DNA of 64,000 nt from Rhizobiaceae bacterium (GTDB lineage: Bacteria > Pseudomonadota > Alphaproteobacteria > Rhizobiales > Rhizobiaceae). Every line of letters begins with the position of its first letter. Position 1 is the first letter of the stretch. Positions 30,283-38,766 of this stretch are shown here, piece after piece. The translations under genes and the position numbers were made by a program. The notes below the pieces were generated by a model that searched no databases, was not told the DNA's origin, and saw nothing but the letters and a program-made list of their open reading frames with translations. The DNA is taken from positions 86,271 to 150,270 of the forward strand of contig JAWKWH010000005.1 of assembly GCA_041397625.1 (NCBI GenBank), in the 5' to 3' direction.

Positions 30283-31671
30283 CTAGCCTTGGCCTAGGCT
30301 CTTCAAGATCGCGGCCGCGCGTTCGCGGGCCGCGGCGCCGATCTCGGCGCGCACACCATGGAAATTCGGTCCGCGCGTAGCGTCAAGCCCCATGCGCGAG
30401 GTGGTTCCGATACCGCTTGCCGACGGGTCGAGCGCATTGCCGGGCAACCCCTCGATGATCACCACGTCGCGATGCGGCTGGAAGTGGGTGGACAGCGCCC
30501 ACAGCACTTCGGAATCATTGGTGATGTCGACATCCGAGTCGACGACAACCACGTTCTTCAGATATTGGTCCCAGCCGAGCAGGCCGAGCATGACCTGGCG
30601 GCCCTCGCCCTCGCGCGACTGGTCAATGGCGATGTAGGCGTGGAAATGCGTGCCCGACGATGGGTAGTGTACGGCGGTAACCGACGGAAAACGCGCCTTC
30701 AATTTCTCCACCACCTCGGCCTCGCGCGGAATGCGGCCGAGGTTGAGATGTTCGGCCGAGTTGCCGCCGGCGACGCTGACCAGGATGGCCTTGTCGCGGC
30801 GCATGACCGTCTCGACAGTGAACAGGTTATTGGTCGAACGGTCCGACGAATAGCCGGTGAACTCGCCGAACGGACCTTCTTCGACATGGGCCTCGTGGTC
30901 GATGACGCCTTCGAGCACGATCTCCGCATGGGCAGGGACGCGAATCCCGTATTTGGGCGTGCGCACGACCTCCAGCGCTCCGCCCATCAGCCCGCCGGCG
31001 ACCACGCGTTCGTCCTCGCCGAAGGCGAGCCGGGCCGAGGCGGCAATCATGAATTTCGGATGCCCGCCGATCACCATGGCGACCGGCATCGGTCTGCCCT
31101 TCTCCTTCGACATGTTGAGCAGCCGCCACAGATGGCCGCGCGAATGCAGGGAGGTGGCAAGCGTACTGGGCGAATTGATCATCGCCCGATGGTAGGAAAG
31201 GTTGCCGGCGCCGGTCTCCGGATGTTCGCCGATGATGATGCCGCTGGTGATGTATTTGGCGCGGTCGGTCTCGAAATGTTTGACCATCGGCAGGCGCGCC
31301 AGATCGATATCGGAGCCGCCCATAACCTGCTCGGTGATGGGTGCGGCGGAGACCTCTTTCGGCTCGACGCCGCGGCGGGCATGCTGCTGATAGGCCTCGT
31401 GCAGACGCGCCTCGTCGACGCCGAACATCGATGCGATGCGACGACGCGAACCGAAGATGTTGCAGATGACTTCCGTGTCCAGGCCGGCGACATTGCGCAG
31501 ATGCAGAATCGGGTGACGGCCCTTGGCGGCCAGGTTCCAGATCAGCGCGGTGGCATCCTGGTCGTCGGAGACCTCGGCCTCGATATCGAGGACATCGTCG
31601 GGATTGGCGGCGCGATAGTCGGCAAGAAAGCGCCTCACATCCTGGGTGTGGAACTGCTGGCTGTCCGACAT
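30283..31671 (-). CDS. UbiD-family prFMN-dependent (de)carboxylase, substrate unknown
   Basis: ORF 30283..31776 trimmed to ATG 31671 (GGGAGG 9 nt upstream). UbiD motifs (GNLSYHR, EGPFGEFTGY). Stop is 6 nt before ubiX. Confidence 0.88.
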   Translation of the reverse strand: MSDSQQFHTQDVRRFLADYRAANPDDVLDIEAEVSDDQDATALIWNLAAKGRHPILHLRNVAGLDTEVICNIFGSRRRIASMFGVDEARLHEAYQQHARRGVEPKEVSAAPITEQVMGGSDIDLARLPMVKHFETDRAKYITSGIIIGEHPETGAGNLSYHRAMINSPSTLATSLHSRGHLWRLLNMSKEKGRPMPVAMVIGGHPKFMIAASARLAFGEDERVVAGGLMGGALEVVRTPKYGIRVPAHAEIVLEGVIDHEAHVEEGPFGEFTGYSSDRSTNNLFTVETVMRRDKAILVSVAGGNSAEHLNLGRIPREAEVVEKLKARFPSVTAVHYPSSGTHFHAYIAIDQSREGEGRQVMLGLLGWDQYLKNVVVVDSDVDITNDSEVLWALSTHFQPHRDVVIIEGLPGNALDPSASGIGTTSRMGLDATRGPNFHGVRAEIGAAARERAAAILKSLGQG

Positions 31672-31729
31672 CGCGTCAATCCTCCCGAAAAAGGCGGCGG
31701 TCGCATATGCGGCCGCCGCGCGTGGTCTG

Positions 31730-32674
31730 TCAGGCGTCCACCTTGTGCTTGCCGGTAGCGCGGTCGACGCCGGCATAGCTGTCCTTCAGGCGCGCTTCGG
31801 CGTCGCGCTTGTCGCGCGGCGGCGGCGTCGGGTCGATGCCGACCAGCCTGGCGATGTTGTTGCCGAGATAGCCTTCCAGATCGTCCTCCGACAGGTTCAT
31901 GCCCTGCGGCGGCTCATGGCAGAGCACCTCCAGTTCGCGCAGCCACATGCCCGGATCGTTCGGCGGGCTGTCGGTGCCGAAGACAATTCTGTCCTTCGGC
32001 AATTGCTGGGCGAACTCGACGATGCGCGACTGGAAGCACCAGCCGCTCTCGCAATAGACATTGGGCGTGTCCATTGCCATCCAGAAGGCCTCGAACGAGT
32101 AATTGCCGCCGGTCTGGATGCCGAAATGGCCGATGATGAAGTTGACCATCGGGAACTCGCGGATGATCGGGTAGAACATCGTCGGGATGGTGTAGGGCCC
32201 GTCGCCGGTGTGGATCAGCACCACGACGCCGAGCTCGGCGCATTTCTTCATCGCCGGCCGCAGCCACTCCAGCGCCCGGTCCGGCCGGTAGCCGTGCATG
32301 TTGGCGTGCAGCTTGAGCATCTTGAAGCCATATTCCTTGACGTGGAATTCGAGCTCCGCGGCACCGTTCTCAGGCCCCCAACGCGGATTGTAGTTGAAGT
32401 TGCCGATGAACCGGTCGGGATATTTCTGGCACAGCTCGGCGCAGTAGGACATGTAGTCGCGGATACCCTCGCGGCCCATGCGGTTGCCGTCGCGATAGCC
32501 GGTATTGCCGGGCGGCGGCTGGATGAAGCCCATGTCGATGCGGCGCGGCTTGCCGTTGATCATGTAAGGGCCGTCCATCAGTTTCAGCATGCGCTCGCCG
32601 GTGAACGGCTCGCCGGTATGGCGCCACGCCTCGTCGACCAGGTTGGTCGGATGCAGGTGGGTATCGATGATCAT
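31730..32674 (-). CDS. Amidohydrolase_2 (ACMSD/LigW/IDCase-type) metal-dependent enzyme, paralog A
   Basis: N-terminal DTHLH (HxH), HTGDGP, GHFG and FGTDSPP motifs consistent with a metal-binding TIM-barrel hydrolase/decarboxylase. Confidence 0.8.
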   Translation of the reverse strand: MIIDTHLHPTNLVDEAWRHTGEPFTGERMLKLMDGPYMINGKPRRIDMGFIQPPPGNTGYRDGNRMGREGIRDYMSYCAELCQKYPDRFIGNFNYNPRWGPENGAAELEFHVKEYGFKMLKLHANMHGYRPDRALEWLRPAMKKCAELGVVVLIHTGDGPYTIPTMFYPIIREFPMVNFIIGHFGIQTGGNYSFEAFWMAMDTPNVYCESGWCFQSRIVEFAQQLPKDRIVFGTDSPPNDPGMWLRELEVLCHEPPQGMNLSEDDLEGYLGNNIARLVGIDPTPPPRDKRDAEARLKDSYAGVDRATGKHKVDA

Positions 32675-32714
32675 TGTCGTCTCCGTTGGAAAGTGTTTCG
32701 GTCAGGGGTGCCGA

Positions 32715-33641
32715 TCAAGCGGTTTCCAGCTCGATACCGTGCTGGCGCAGGCGGTCTTCGGCTTCCTTGACGGTGGCGGGCGGAGGGGTCGTGTCCAAGC
32801 CGATCATGCGGGCAACATTGTTGCCGAGGTAATCCTCGAGCGTATCCTCGTCGAGGTTCAGACCCTGCGGCGGCTCGTGGCAGAGCACCTCCAGCAAGTT
32901 GATCCACATACCCGGCTCGTTGGGTGGTGTGTCGGTACCGAACAGGATCTTGTGCGGCGGCAGTTCCTTGGCGAACTCGACGATGCGCGACTGCAGGCAC
33001 CAACCGCTCTCGGCGTAGACATTCGGCTCGTCCATCGCCATCTGGAACGGCTCGAACGTGTAGACGCCGCCGGTCTGGACGCCAAAATGCGCGAGGATGA
33101 AATTGACCTCCGGGAATTCGCGGATGATCGGCACGAATTCGGTGGGGATCGAATAGGGACCGTCGCCCGTATGAACCTTCACCATCACGCCGAGATCGGC
33201 GCATACGCGCATGGCCGGGCGCAGCCAGTCGAGCGCGCGGTCGGGACGGTAGGCATGCATGTTGGCCTGCAACTGCACCATCTTGAAATCGAACTCCTTG
33301 ACATAGCGTTCGATTTCCTCGGCTCCGTTCCCGGTGCCGTAACGCGGGTTGTAGACGAAGCAGCCGATGAAGCGGTCCGGATGCTCGGTGACCATCTTCT
33401 CGGTATAGGCCATGTATTCGCGGATGGCCGCCTTGCCTTCCTTCTCGTGGATGCCGTCGGTGTAGATGGTGTTGCCCTGCGGCGGCTGGATGAAAGCCAT
33501 GTCCACGCGGCGCGGCTTGCCGTTCACGTAGAAGGGGCCGTCCATCATCTTCAGCAGGCGCTCGCCGGTGAACGGCTCGCCATCATGGCGCCAGGCGAGG
33601 TCGACCAGATCGGTCGGATAGCAGCTAATATCAATGATCAT
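32715..33641 (-). CDS. Amidohydrolase_2 paralog B lacking the HxH metal motif
   Basis: ORF 32715..33797 trimmed to ATG 33641 (GGAGAA upstream). Roughly two-thirds identical to paralog A by eye, but the N-terminus is DISCY instead of DTHLH. HTGDGP, AHFG and FGTDTPP are retained. Confidence 0.78.
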   Translation of the reverse strand: MIIDISCYPTDLVDLAWRHDGEPFTGERLLKMMDGPFYVNGKPRRVDMAFIQPPQGNTIYTDGIHEKEGKAAIREYMAYTEKMVTEHPDRFIGCFVYNPRYGTGNGAEEIERYVKEFDFKMVQLQANMHAYRPDRALDWLRPAMRVCADLGVMVKVHTGDGPYSIPTEFVPIIREFPEVNFILAHFGVQTGGVYTFEPFQMAMDEPNVYAESGWCLQSRIVEFAKELPPHKILFGTDTPPNEPGMWINLLEVLCHEPPQGLNLDEDTLEDYLGNNVARMIGLDTTPPPATVKEAEDRLRQHGIELETA

Positions 33642-33861
33642 GGTGTTTCTCCTTGGATGCGTAGCAGGGGCTTGCCGGGGTTCGCGGAGGCGCGCTGACG
33701 AAGCCGGCCGGTTGCCGGCCCGTCGCGAACGGAATGGCCCGTTCTGCCAGCAGCATCCGCAAACGCCTTCGGCCGTCACCGACCGGGCGATGGTCAATTT
33801 CTCTTAGGGAAAAGTTGGTCACCGCAGCCCTCGAGATCAGAGTTCATCGAGCAATTGGCTG

Positions 33862-33874
33862 CGCTTCTACTCAA
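33862..33874 (-). promoter_or_regulatory. Conserved leader block TTGAGTAGAAGCG (minus strand)
   Basis: Identical to 26603-26615. Lies 25 nt downstream of operator O2 in the direction of transcription. Confidence 0.35.
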
Positions 33875-33899
33875 GCTGATTAAAGCGCAATCCTCCCGG

Positions 33900-33911
33900 A
33901 TTGTCAACAAT
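33900..33911 (-). promoter_or_regulatory. Operator O2 ATTGTTGACAAT (read on minus strand)
   Basis: Perfect 12-bp palindrome within GGATTGTCAACAATCC. 258 nt upstream of the paralog B start, just downstream of the cobW-like gene terminator. Confidence 0.7.
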
Positions 33912-33959
33912 CCTGTCCGGCCGTTTGCCAAGAAAACGATGGCATCGCGGTCGCGCGAC

Positions 33960-33996
33960 AAAAAAAGAAAGCCCGTACCGTCTGTCCGGTACGGGC
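33960..33996 (-). terminator. Rho-independent terminator after the COG0523 gene
   Basis: Minus strand reads GCCCGTACCG-gacaga-CGGTACGGGC followed by TTTCTTTTTTT. Lies 42 nt after the stop at 34038. Confidence 0.85.
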
Positions 33997-34037
33997 TGCG
34001 AGGTGGCGACCTCATCCGGTCGCGGCGGGAGATGGCG

Positions 34038-35084
34038 TTATTGCTCGACAAGGCATTCGCGCAGCCGGGCCTCGATTCCCCTGCGGTCGAGGCGACGGCC
34101 GATGAACACGATCTTCGACCTGCGTTCCTCGTCCTGCCAGGGGTGGTCCGGGCGCAGGTCGACCAGCTTGTGCACGGCCTGCAAAACGTAAAACCGGTCG
34201 TCGCCTGCAACCGACAGGATGCCCTTGGTGCGGAAGATGTCCTCGCCCTTCTCGTCGAGATAGTCGTGCAGGAAAGCCTGCAGCCTGCCGAGATCGAACG
34301 GCGCCTGCATGGTGAAGCTGTGCGAGGTCACCGTCTCGTCGTGCACATGGCCGGCGTGATGCGCGTGGTCGTGATGGTCCTGGCCGTCATCGTCCATGTC
34401 GATCTGCAGGATCTCGGCGCGCTCGCGAACATAGGAGGGCTGGAAACCGTTGACGTTGAGGATGCGGCTAAGATCGACGACACCGTAGCTGGAGCGCATG
34501 ATCTCGGCAGTCTGGTTCAGGCCGCGCAGTTCCTTTTCAAGAACGTCAAGATCGCCCTCGCTGGCAAGATCGACCTTGTTGACGATAATCCGGTCGGCGG
34601 CGACGATCTGGTCCACCGCCTGGTTGTCCTTGCCGTCGAGCACCGGATCGTAGAGGTGCTGGTCGACATGCTTGGCGTCGACCAGGGTAACGATCGCGTC
34701 GAGATTGACCTCGCCTGCCACTTCCTGATCGACGAAGAAGGCGGTCGCCACCGGCGTCGGATCCGCCAGTCCGGAGGTTTCGACAATAATGTGGTCGAAC
34801 TTGTCCTTCTGCGCGATCAGCTTCCTCATCACGTCGATCAGGTCGTTGCGCACGTCGACGAAGCAGCAGATGCAGCCATTCTGCATCTGGAAGATCTCCT
34901 CGTCGGAGGCGAGCACCAGATCGCTGTCGACGTCGATCTCGCCGACCTCGTTCTCGATCACCGCGATGCGGTAACCATGGCGTTCGGTAAGGATGTGGTT
35001 GAGTAGCGTCGTCTTGCCCGAACCGAGGAACCCGGTCAGGATCGTGATCGGAATCTTGCCGTCCTTGATCTCATGTATCTGCAT
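34038..35084 (-). CDS. COG0523 (CobW/ZigA-like) metallochaperone GTPase
   Basis: Walker A GFLGSGKTTLL, CxCC motif GCICCF, His-rich stretch DHHDHAHHAGHVHDE. Start ATG overlaps the stop of the Mo-subunit gene (TGATG). Confidence 0.88.
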   Translation of the reverse strand: MQIHEIKDGKIPITILTGFLGSGKTTLLNHILTERHGYRIAVIENEVGEIDVDSDLVLASDEEIFQMQNGCICCFVDVRNDLIDVMRKLIAQKDKFDHIIVETSGLADPTPVATAFFVDQEVAGEVNLDAIVTLVDAKHVDQHLYDPVLDGKDNQAVDQIVAADRIIVNKVDLASEGDLDVLEKELRGLNQTAEIMRSSYGVVDLSRILNVNGFQPSYVRERAEILQIDMDDDGQDHHDHAHHAGHVHDETVTSHSFTMQAPFDLGRLQAFLHDYLDEKGEDIFRTKGILSVAGDDRFYVLQAVHKLVDLRPDHPWQDEERRSKIVFIGRRLDRRGIEARLRECLVEQ

Positions 35085-37387
35085 CAGACCGCCTCCTTCT
35101 GCCTCAGCCCCTCGAGGATGTCCTCGGGCGTTATCGGATAATGGTGGAACCGGACGCCGATGGCGTCGTGGATGGCGTTGGCGATGGCCGGCCCGATGGC
35201 GATGATCGGATCCTCGCCGACGCCCTTGGCGCCCCAGGGACCGCCGGGATCGGGCGCCGCCTCGATAATGACCGTCCTTATGTCGGGCATGTCCATCGAC
35301 AGCGGCATCTTGTAGTCCACCAGGCCGGCATTGAGGGGGCGGCCGGTCTTCATGTCGACGATGTAGTCCTCGGTCAGCGTGTGGCCGATGCCCTGCTGGA
35401 TGCCACCCTCGATCTGTCCCTCGGCGGCAATCGGATGGATCACCCGGCCGACATCGTGCACGGGAACGACCCTGACGACTTCGACGATGCCCGTACCCGT
35501 ATCGACGGCGACCTCGACGAAATGGGCGGCAAACGAATAGGACTTGGTCGGCTCATAAGTGCCGTTGCCGATGATGTTGGCGGCCGGAACGCCACGCGAC
35601 GGCCCCATCGCCTCTGCGACCGTCATCGACCGGCCCGCGTCGCCCACGACGAAGATAACCCCCTCGTCGATGTCCAGCCTCTCGGCAGCGGCCTGCATCT
35701 TCTCGGCGGCGCGGTCGAGCACTTGCGCCCGCGCCTTTTCCGCCGCGAGCTTTGTCGCGCTTCCGACCAGATAAGTGGTGTGGCTGGCAAATGCGCCGAT
35801 GTCCCACGGCACGACATCGGTATCGCCATGGATGACACCGACGGTCTCGAAGGGAACACCCAGCGCCTCGGCGGCGATCTGGGCCAGCGCGGTGTGCGCC
35901 CCGGTGCCGAGGCCGGCAGCGCCGGTGAGCAGGGTGACCGATCCGTCCTCATTGACCTTGATCGTGGCATTGCCCTGCTCTTTGATACCGGGATAGGCCG
36001 ACGATCCGTGCATCTCGCAGCCTATGCCATAGCCCCGCAGCACCGCCGGCTTGCCCGGAACGCTGCGATCCGAGCCACGCAGCCTCGTCCATTCGAACTC
36101 GTCGAGGCCGCGCTTGATACAGGCTTCCAGGCCATGGCCGACGACCGGATGACCGGATGGGGCGACATCGCCCTCGCGCACGGCGTTCTTCAGTTTCAGT
36201 TCGGCGGGGTCCATGCCGAGCCGCTCGGCCGCCTCGTCGAGTTGGATGTCGATCGGGAAGTAGGTCTGCACCACTCCGTAACCACGGAAGGCGCCGGAGA
36301 TCGGCGTATTGGTATAGACCGCGCGGCCGTCGATACGGACGTTCTCGCAGCGATAGAGCGAGACCGCCGAATTAGTGCCGACGATCGTGACGCCGGGGCT
36401 GTGCGATCCGTAGGCGCCCGAATCGTAGACGATGCGCATGTCACGCGCGGTAATCGTGCCGTCTTTCCTGAAGCCCTGCTTGAGCGAGAGCTTGAAGGGA
36501 TGGCGTGAGCGCCCGGCAACGAAGGTTTCATGTCGGGTGAATTCCATGCGCACCGGCCGCCTCGTCTCCTTCGCCAGAAGCGCGCACAGGAATTCGTGCT
36601 GGAAGCAGTCCTGCTTGGCGCCAAAGCCGCCGCCCATGTGATCGACGAGCACGCGCACCTTGGTAAGCGGCAGCCCGAGCACCTCGGCAAGGATGCCGCG
36701 CACCATGAAACTGGTCTGGGTCGAGGTCCAGAAGGTCAGCTTGTTGGAGCCGTCCCAATCGGCCATGCAGACATTGGGCTCCATGTAGGCCGGGATCGGA
36801 CGGCCGCCTGAAAACTCTCCTTCCAGGATCAGGTCCGCCTCGGCAAATCCGCGCGCTAGATCGCCGCGCTCGACAATAACGGGATCGAGCACGAGATTGC
36901 CGCCCGGGCCGACATTATGGATCAGCGGCGCGCCCGGCTTCTGCGCTTCCTCAGGATCGAAGACGGCGGGCAGCGCCTCGTATTCGACCTCGATCAGGTC
37001 GAGCGCCTCGTCGGCGATTTCCTCGCTGATCGCGGCAATGGCGGCCACGCCCTCGCCCCAGAAGCGCACCCGGTCGTCGAGGATGTACTGGTCTTTGGTG
37101 CACGACGCCGAGCGTGGATGCGGCGAACCGTAGTGCAGCACGCGCGGCACGTCCTTGTGGGTCAGCACCGCCTTGACGCCCGGATGGGCGAGCGCCCTGG
37201 AAACGTCGATACGCTTGATTTTCGCGTGCGCGATCTCGGCGCGCTTGATCTTGCCGAACAACAGTCCGGGAAGCGTAATGTCGCTTGTGTAAAGCCCTTC
37301 GCCGGTGACCTTTTCCAGCACGTCGTCGCGCTTGACGCTCTTGCCGACGGTACGGAATTGGCGGTCGAATTTCACATGTTCGGTCAT
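35084..37387 (-). CDS. Molybdenum hydroxylase large (molybdopterin-binding) subunit, xanthine dehydrogenase/aldehyde oxidase family, substrate unknown
   Basis: ORF trimmed to ATG 37387 (ATGA overlap with the small subunit). HMGGGFGAKQD, ISGAFRGYG and AKGVGEDPII (active-site Glu) motifs. Confidence 0.88.
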   Translation of the reverse strand: MTEHVKFDRQFRTVGKSVKRDDVLEKVTGEGLYTSDITLPGLLFGKIKRAEIAHAKIKRIDVSRALAHPGVKAVLTHKDVPRVLHYGSPHPRSASCTKDQYILDDRVRFWGEGVAAIAAISEEIADEALDLIEVEYEALPAVFDPEEAQKPGAPLIHNVGPGGNLVLDPVIVERGDLARGFAEADLILEGEFSGGRPIPAYMEPNVCMADWDGSNKLTFWTSTQTSFMVRGILAEVLGLPLTKVRVLVDHMGGGFGAKQDCFQHEFLCALLAKETRRPVRMEFTRHETFVAGRSRHPFKLSLKQGFRKDGTITARDMRIVYDSGAYGSHSPGVTIVGTNSAVSLYRCENVRIDGRAVYTNTPISGAFRGYGVVQTYFPIDIQLDEAAERLGMDPAELKLKNAVREGDVAPSGHPVVGHGLEACIKRGLDEFEWTRLRGSDRSVPGKPAVLRGYGIGCEMHGSSAYPGIKEQGNATIKVNEDGSVTLLTGAAGLGTGAHTALAQIAAEALGVPFETVGVIHGDTDVVPWDIGAFASHTTYLVGSATKLAAEKARAQVLDRAAEKMQAAAERLDIDEGVIFVVGDAGRSMTVAEAMGPSRGVPAANIIGNGTYEPTKSYSFAAHFVEVAVDTGTGIVEVVRVVPVHDVGRVIHPIAAEGQIEGGIQQGIGHTLTEDYIVDMKTGRPLNAGLVDYKMPLSMDMPDIRTVIIEAAPDPGGPWGAKGVGEDPIIAIGPAIANAIHDAIGVRFHHYPITPEDILEGLRQKEAV

Positions 37388-37866
37388 GACCTTGTCGCCT
37401 CGATGTCGCTGGCAGCGCCTTTGACGGCGTCGAAAATCTTGGTGTAGCCGGTGCACCGGCAGATATTGCCCGACAGGCCGAAGCGGATTTCCGCGTCCGA
37501 CGGGTTCGGATTCTCGCGCAGCAACTGGTTGGCCATCATCAGTATCCCGGGCGTGCAAAAGCCGCACTGGGACGCACCGTGCTTCATGAAATTGTCCTGC
37601 AGCGGATGCAGGTCGTCGACCGACGCCTGAAGGCCCTCGACGGTTTCGACGCTCGCACCATCGGCTTCCACCGCCAGCATCAGGCAGGCATTGATCGGCC
37701 TGCCGTCGACGATGACGGTGCAGGCGCCGCAGTCGCCGACGTCGCAGCCCTTCTTGGTGCCGGTCAGGCCGACTTCCTCGCGCAGCGTGTCGAGCAGGGA
37801 ACGGTAGTCCTCGACGACGACTTCGCGCTCTTCACTGTTGATCGTCATATTGATGATGCGTTTCAT
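37384..37866 (-). CDS. Molybdenum hydroxylase small subunit (two 2Fe-2S clusters)
   Basis: ORF trimmed to ATG 37866 (ATGA overlap with the FAD subunit; alternative ATG at 37848). CDVGDCGACTV, CGFCTPG and CRCTGY motifs. Confidence 0.9.
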   Translation of the reverse strand: MKRIINMTINSEEREVVVEDYRSLLDTLREEVGLTGTKKGCDVGDCGACTVIVDGRPINACLMLAVEADGASVETVEGLQASVDDLHPLQDNFMKHGASQCGFCTPGILMMANQLLRENPNPSDAEIRFGLSGNICRCTGYTKIFDAVKGAASDIEATRS

Positions 37867-38726
37867 GCTGTCTGCTCCAGGGCTTGCAGGATGGCGCGTT
37901 CGGTGAGGACGCCAACCATGCGGCGCCGGTAGTCGGCGGAACTGCGTACATTGCTGATCGGCGTGCATTCCTGCATCGCCTTTGCCGCGGCGGCACCGAT
38001 CGCGTCGGGGCTCAGGTCGGACCCCTTGAGTAGTGCCTCGGCTTCCGAGGCGCGCAGCACGGTCGGGCCGACAGCGCCAAGCGCGACACGGATGTCGCTG
38101 CAACGGCCGCCGTCACGGTCAAGACTGACCGCTACGCCGACCGTTGCCAGCTCCATCGCCTTGCGCCTTCCGTGCTTTATATAGGCGCGGGCGCTGTCGG
38201 GCCTCGGAGCGGGCACCGACAGGCCGACCGCGATCTCTCCCGGCGACAGCACCGTGCGGCCGGGTCCTGTGAAAAATTCGGCCAGCGGCACCGTGCGGTT
38301 GCCGTCCGGATTGTAAATCTCGATTGCCGCTTCATCGGCGATCAGCGGTGGAATGGTGTCGGCCGACGGCGAAGCACGGCAGATATTGCCGATCACCGTG
38401 GCGCGGTTGCGCACCTGGATCGAGCCGAGTTCGCTCAGCGCCGCGGCGAAGTTCGGATAATGCCGGCGCACCTCCGCGGAAGTCTCCAACTCGCGCGCAG
38501 TGGTTAGCGCGCCGAATCTCAGCCCATCACTGTCATCGTAGGAGAAACCGTCGAGATTAGGGATCTTCTTGATATTGATGACGTGGCGGACGGTACGCAG
38601 CCGTTCGCGAATCTCGACCAGCAGATCGGTACCGCCGGCAAAGAAAAACGCCTCGTCGCCCAGTTCCTTCTTGAGGGCCGACGCCGCGGCCAGCGTCGTC
38701 GGTTCATGATATGCAAAGCGCCTCAT
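37863..38726 (-). CDS. Molybdenum hydroxylase medium (FAD-binding, CoxM-like) subunit
   Basis: FAD_binding_5 / CO-dehydrogenase flavoprotein domains (FFAGGTDLL, RNRATVIGNI). Confidence 0.88.
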   Translation of the reverse strand: MRRFAYHEPTTLAAASALKKELGDEAFFFAGGTDLLVEIRERLRTVRHVINIKKIPNLDGFSYDDSDGLRFGALTTARELETSAEVRRHYPNFAAALSELGSIQVRNRATVIGNICRASPSADTIPPLIADEAAIEIYNPDGNRTVPLAEFFTGPGRTVLSPGEIAVGLSVPAPRPDSARAYIKHGRRKAMELATVGVAVSLDRDGGRCSDIRVALGAVGPTVLRASEAEALLKGSDLSPDAIGAAAAKAMQECTPISNVRSSADYRRRMVGVLTERAILQALEQTA

Positions 38727-38766
38727 GCAAAGCCTTCCTTTCTTCCGCCCGCAAGCGGGCTCCCGC

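Noticed and set aside
33794-34210. 138-aa ORF spanning the cobW-like terminator region
   Set aside because: It overlaps the COG0523 gene out of frame and runs through a strong terminator hairpin and the operator. No coding features.
29689-38726. Furfural/HMF cluster analogy (hmfFG = UbiD/UbiX, hmfABC = three-subunit Mo dehydrogenase)
   Set aside because: There is no furoyl-CoA synthetase and no enoyl-CoA hydratase-type hydrolase. The neighbouring genes are amidohydrolases, a COG0523 GTPase and pyrimidine genes instead. The GMC oxidoreductase at 58 kb belongs to a separate operon.
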